Assembly: GCA_023231475.1 (NCBI GenBank)
Contig: JALJEE010002582.1
Coordinates: 45,081-65,080 of the forward strand
Reading direction: 5' to 3'
Source of the DNA: Seison nebaliae
Lineage: Eukaryota
Length of the DNA stretch: 20,000 nucleotides
A program made the translations under genes and the position numbers. Positions 19,906 to 20,000 of this stretch are shown here, piece after piece. The number at the start of each line of letters is the position of its first letter. Position 1 is the first letter of the stretch. The notes beneath the pieces were generated by a model, which was not told the DNA's origin, made no database searches, and saw only the letters and a program-made list of their open reading frames with translations.

Positions 19906-20000
19906 TTGAAATTAAATTCCTGCCCGTCTCAACAAATTGTTTGAGAGCTTCAGGGACATGGTAAGAAATATCAAAATTGGAGGTCAACGATAAAGAATGA

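Noticed and set aside
1..20000. CRISPR array, tRNA, rRNA, transposase or reverse-transcriptase coding sequence
   Set aside because: None seen; no regularly spaced repeats or recognisable motifs.

Overview
Strongly AT-rich, gene-dense eukaryotic (most likely invertebrate animal) DNA in the standard genetic code; the species cannot be identified from sequence alone. The first ~5.4 kb has no recognisable gene. Then come seven genes reconstructed by hand: a 6-exon FAD synthase (+, 5516-6593), a 3-exon 5-oxoprolinase (+, 6724-10768), a 14-exon neprilysin/M13-family protein that has lost its HExxH zinc motif (-, 10827-13779), an intronless NOL9/Grc3 polynucleotide kinase (-, 13939-15975), and three tandem intronless secreted S1 serine proteases (+, 16607-19457). 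A T27 run and clustered inverted repeats close the window. The most striking signal is the splice code. Of 20 reconstructed introns (19 are 43-64 nt), 19 start GTT instead of GT(A/G), one of them ambiguously. Only 2 have +5G, pyrimidine tracts often sit right after the donor, and 7 acceptors are AAG. This suggests a divergent 5' splice-site recognition system. Two same-strand gene pairs with 130-160 bp spacers look operon/trans-splicing-like.
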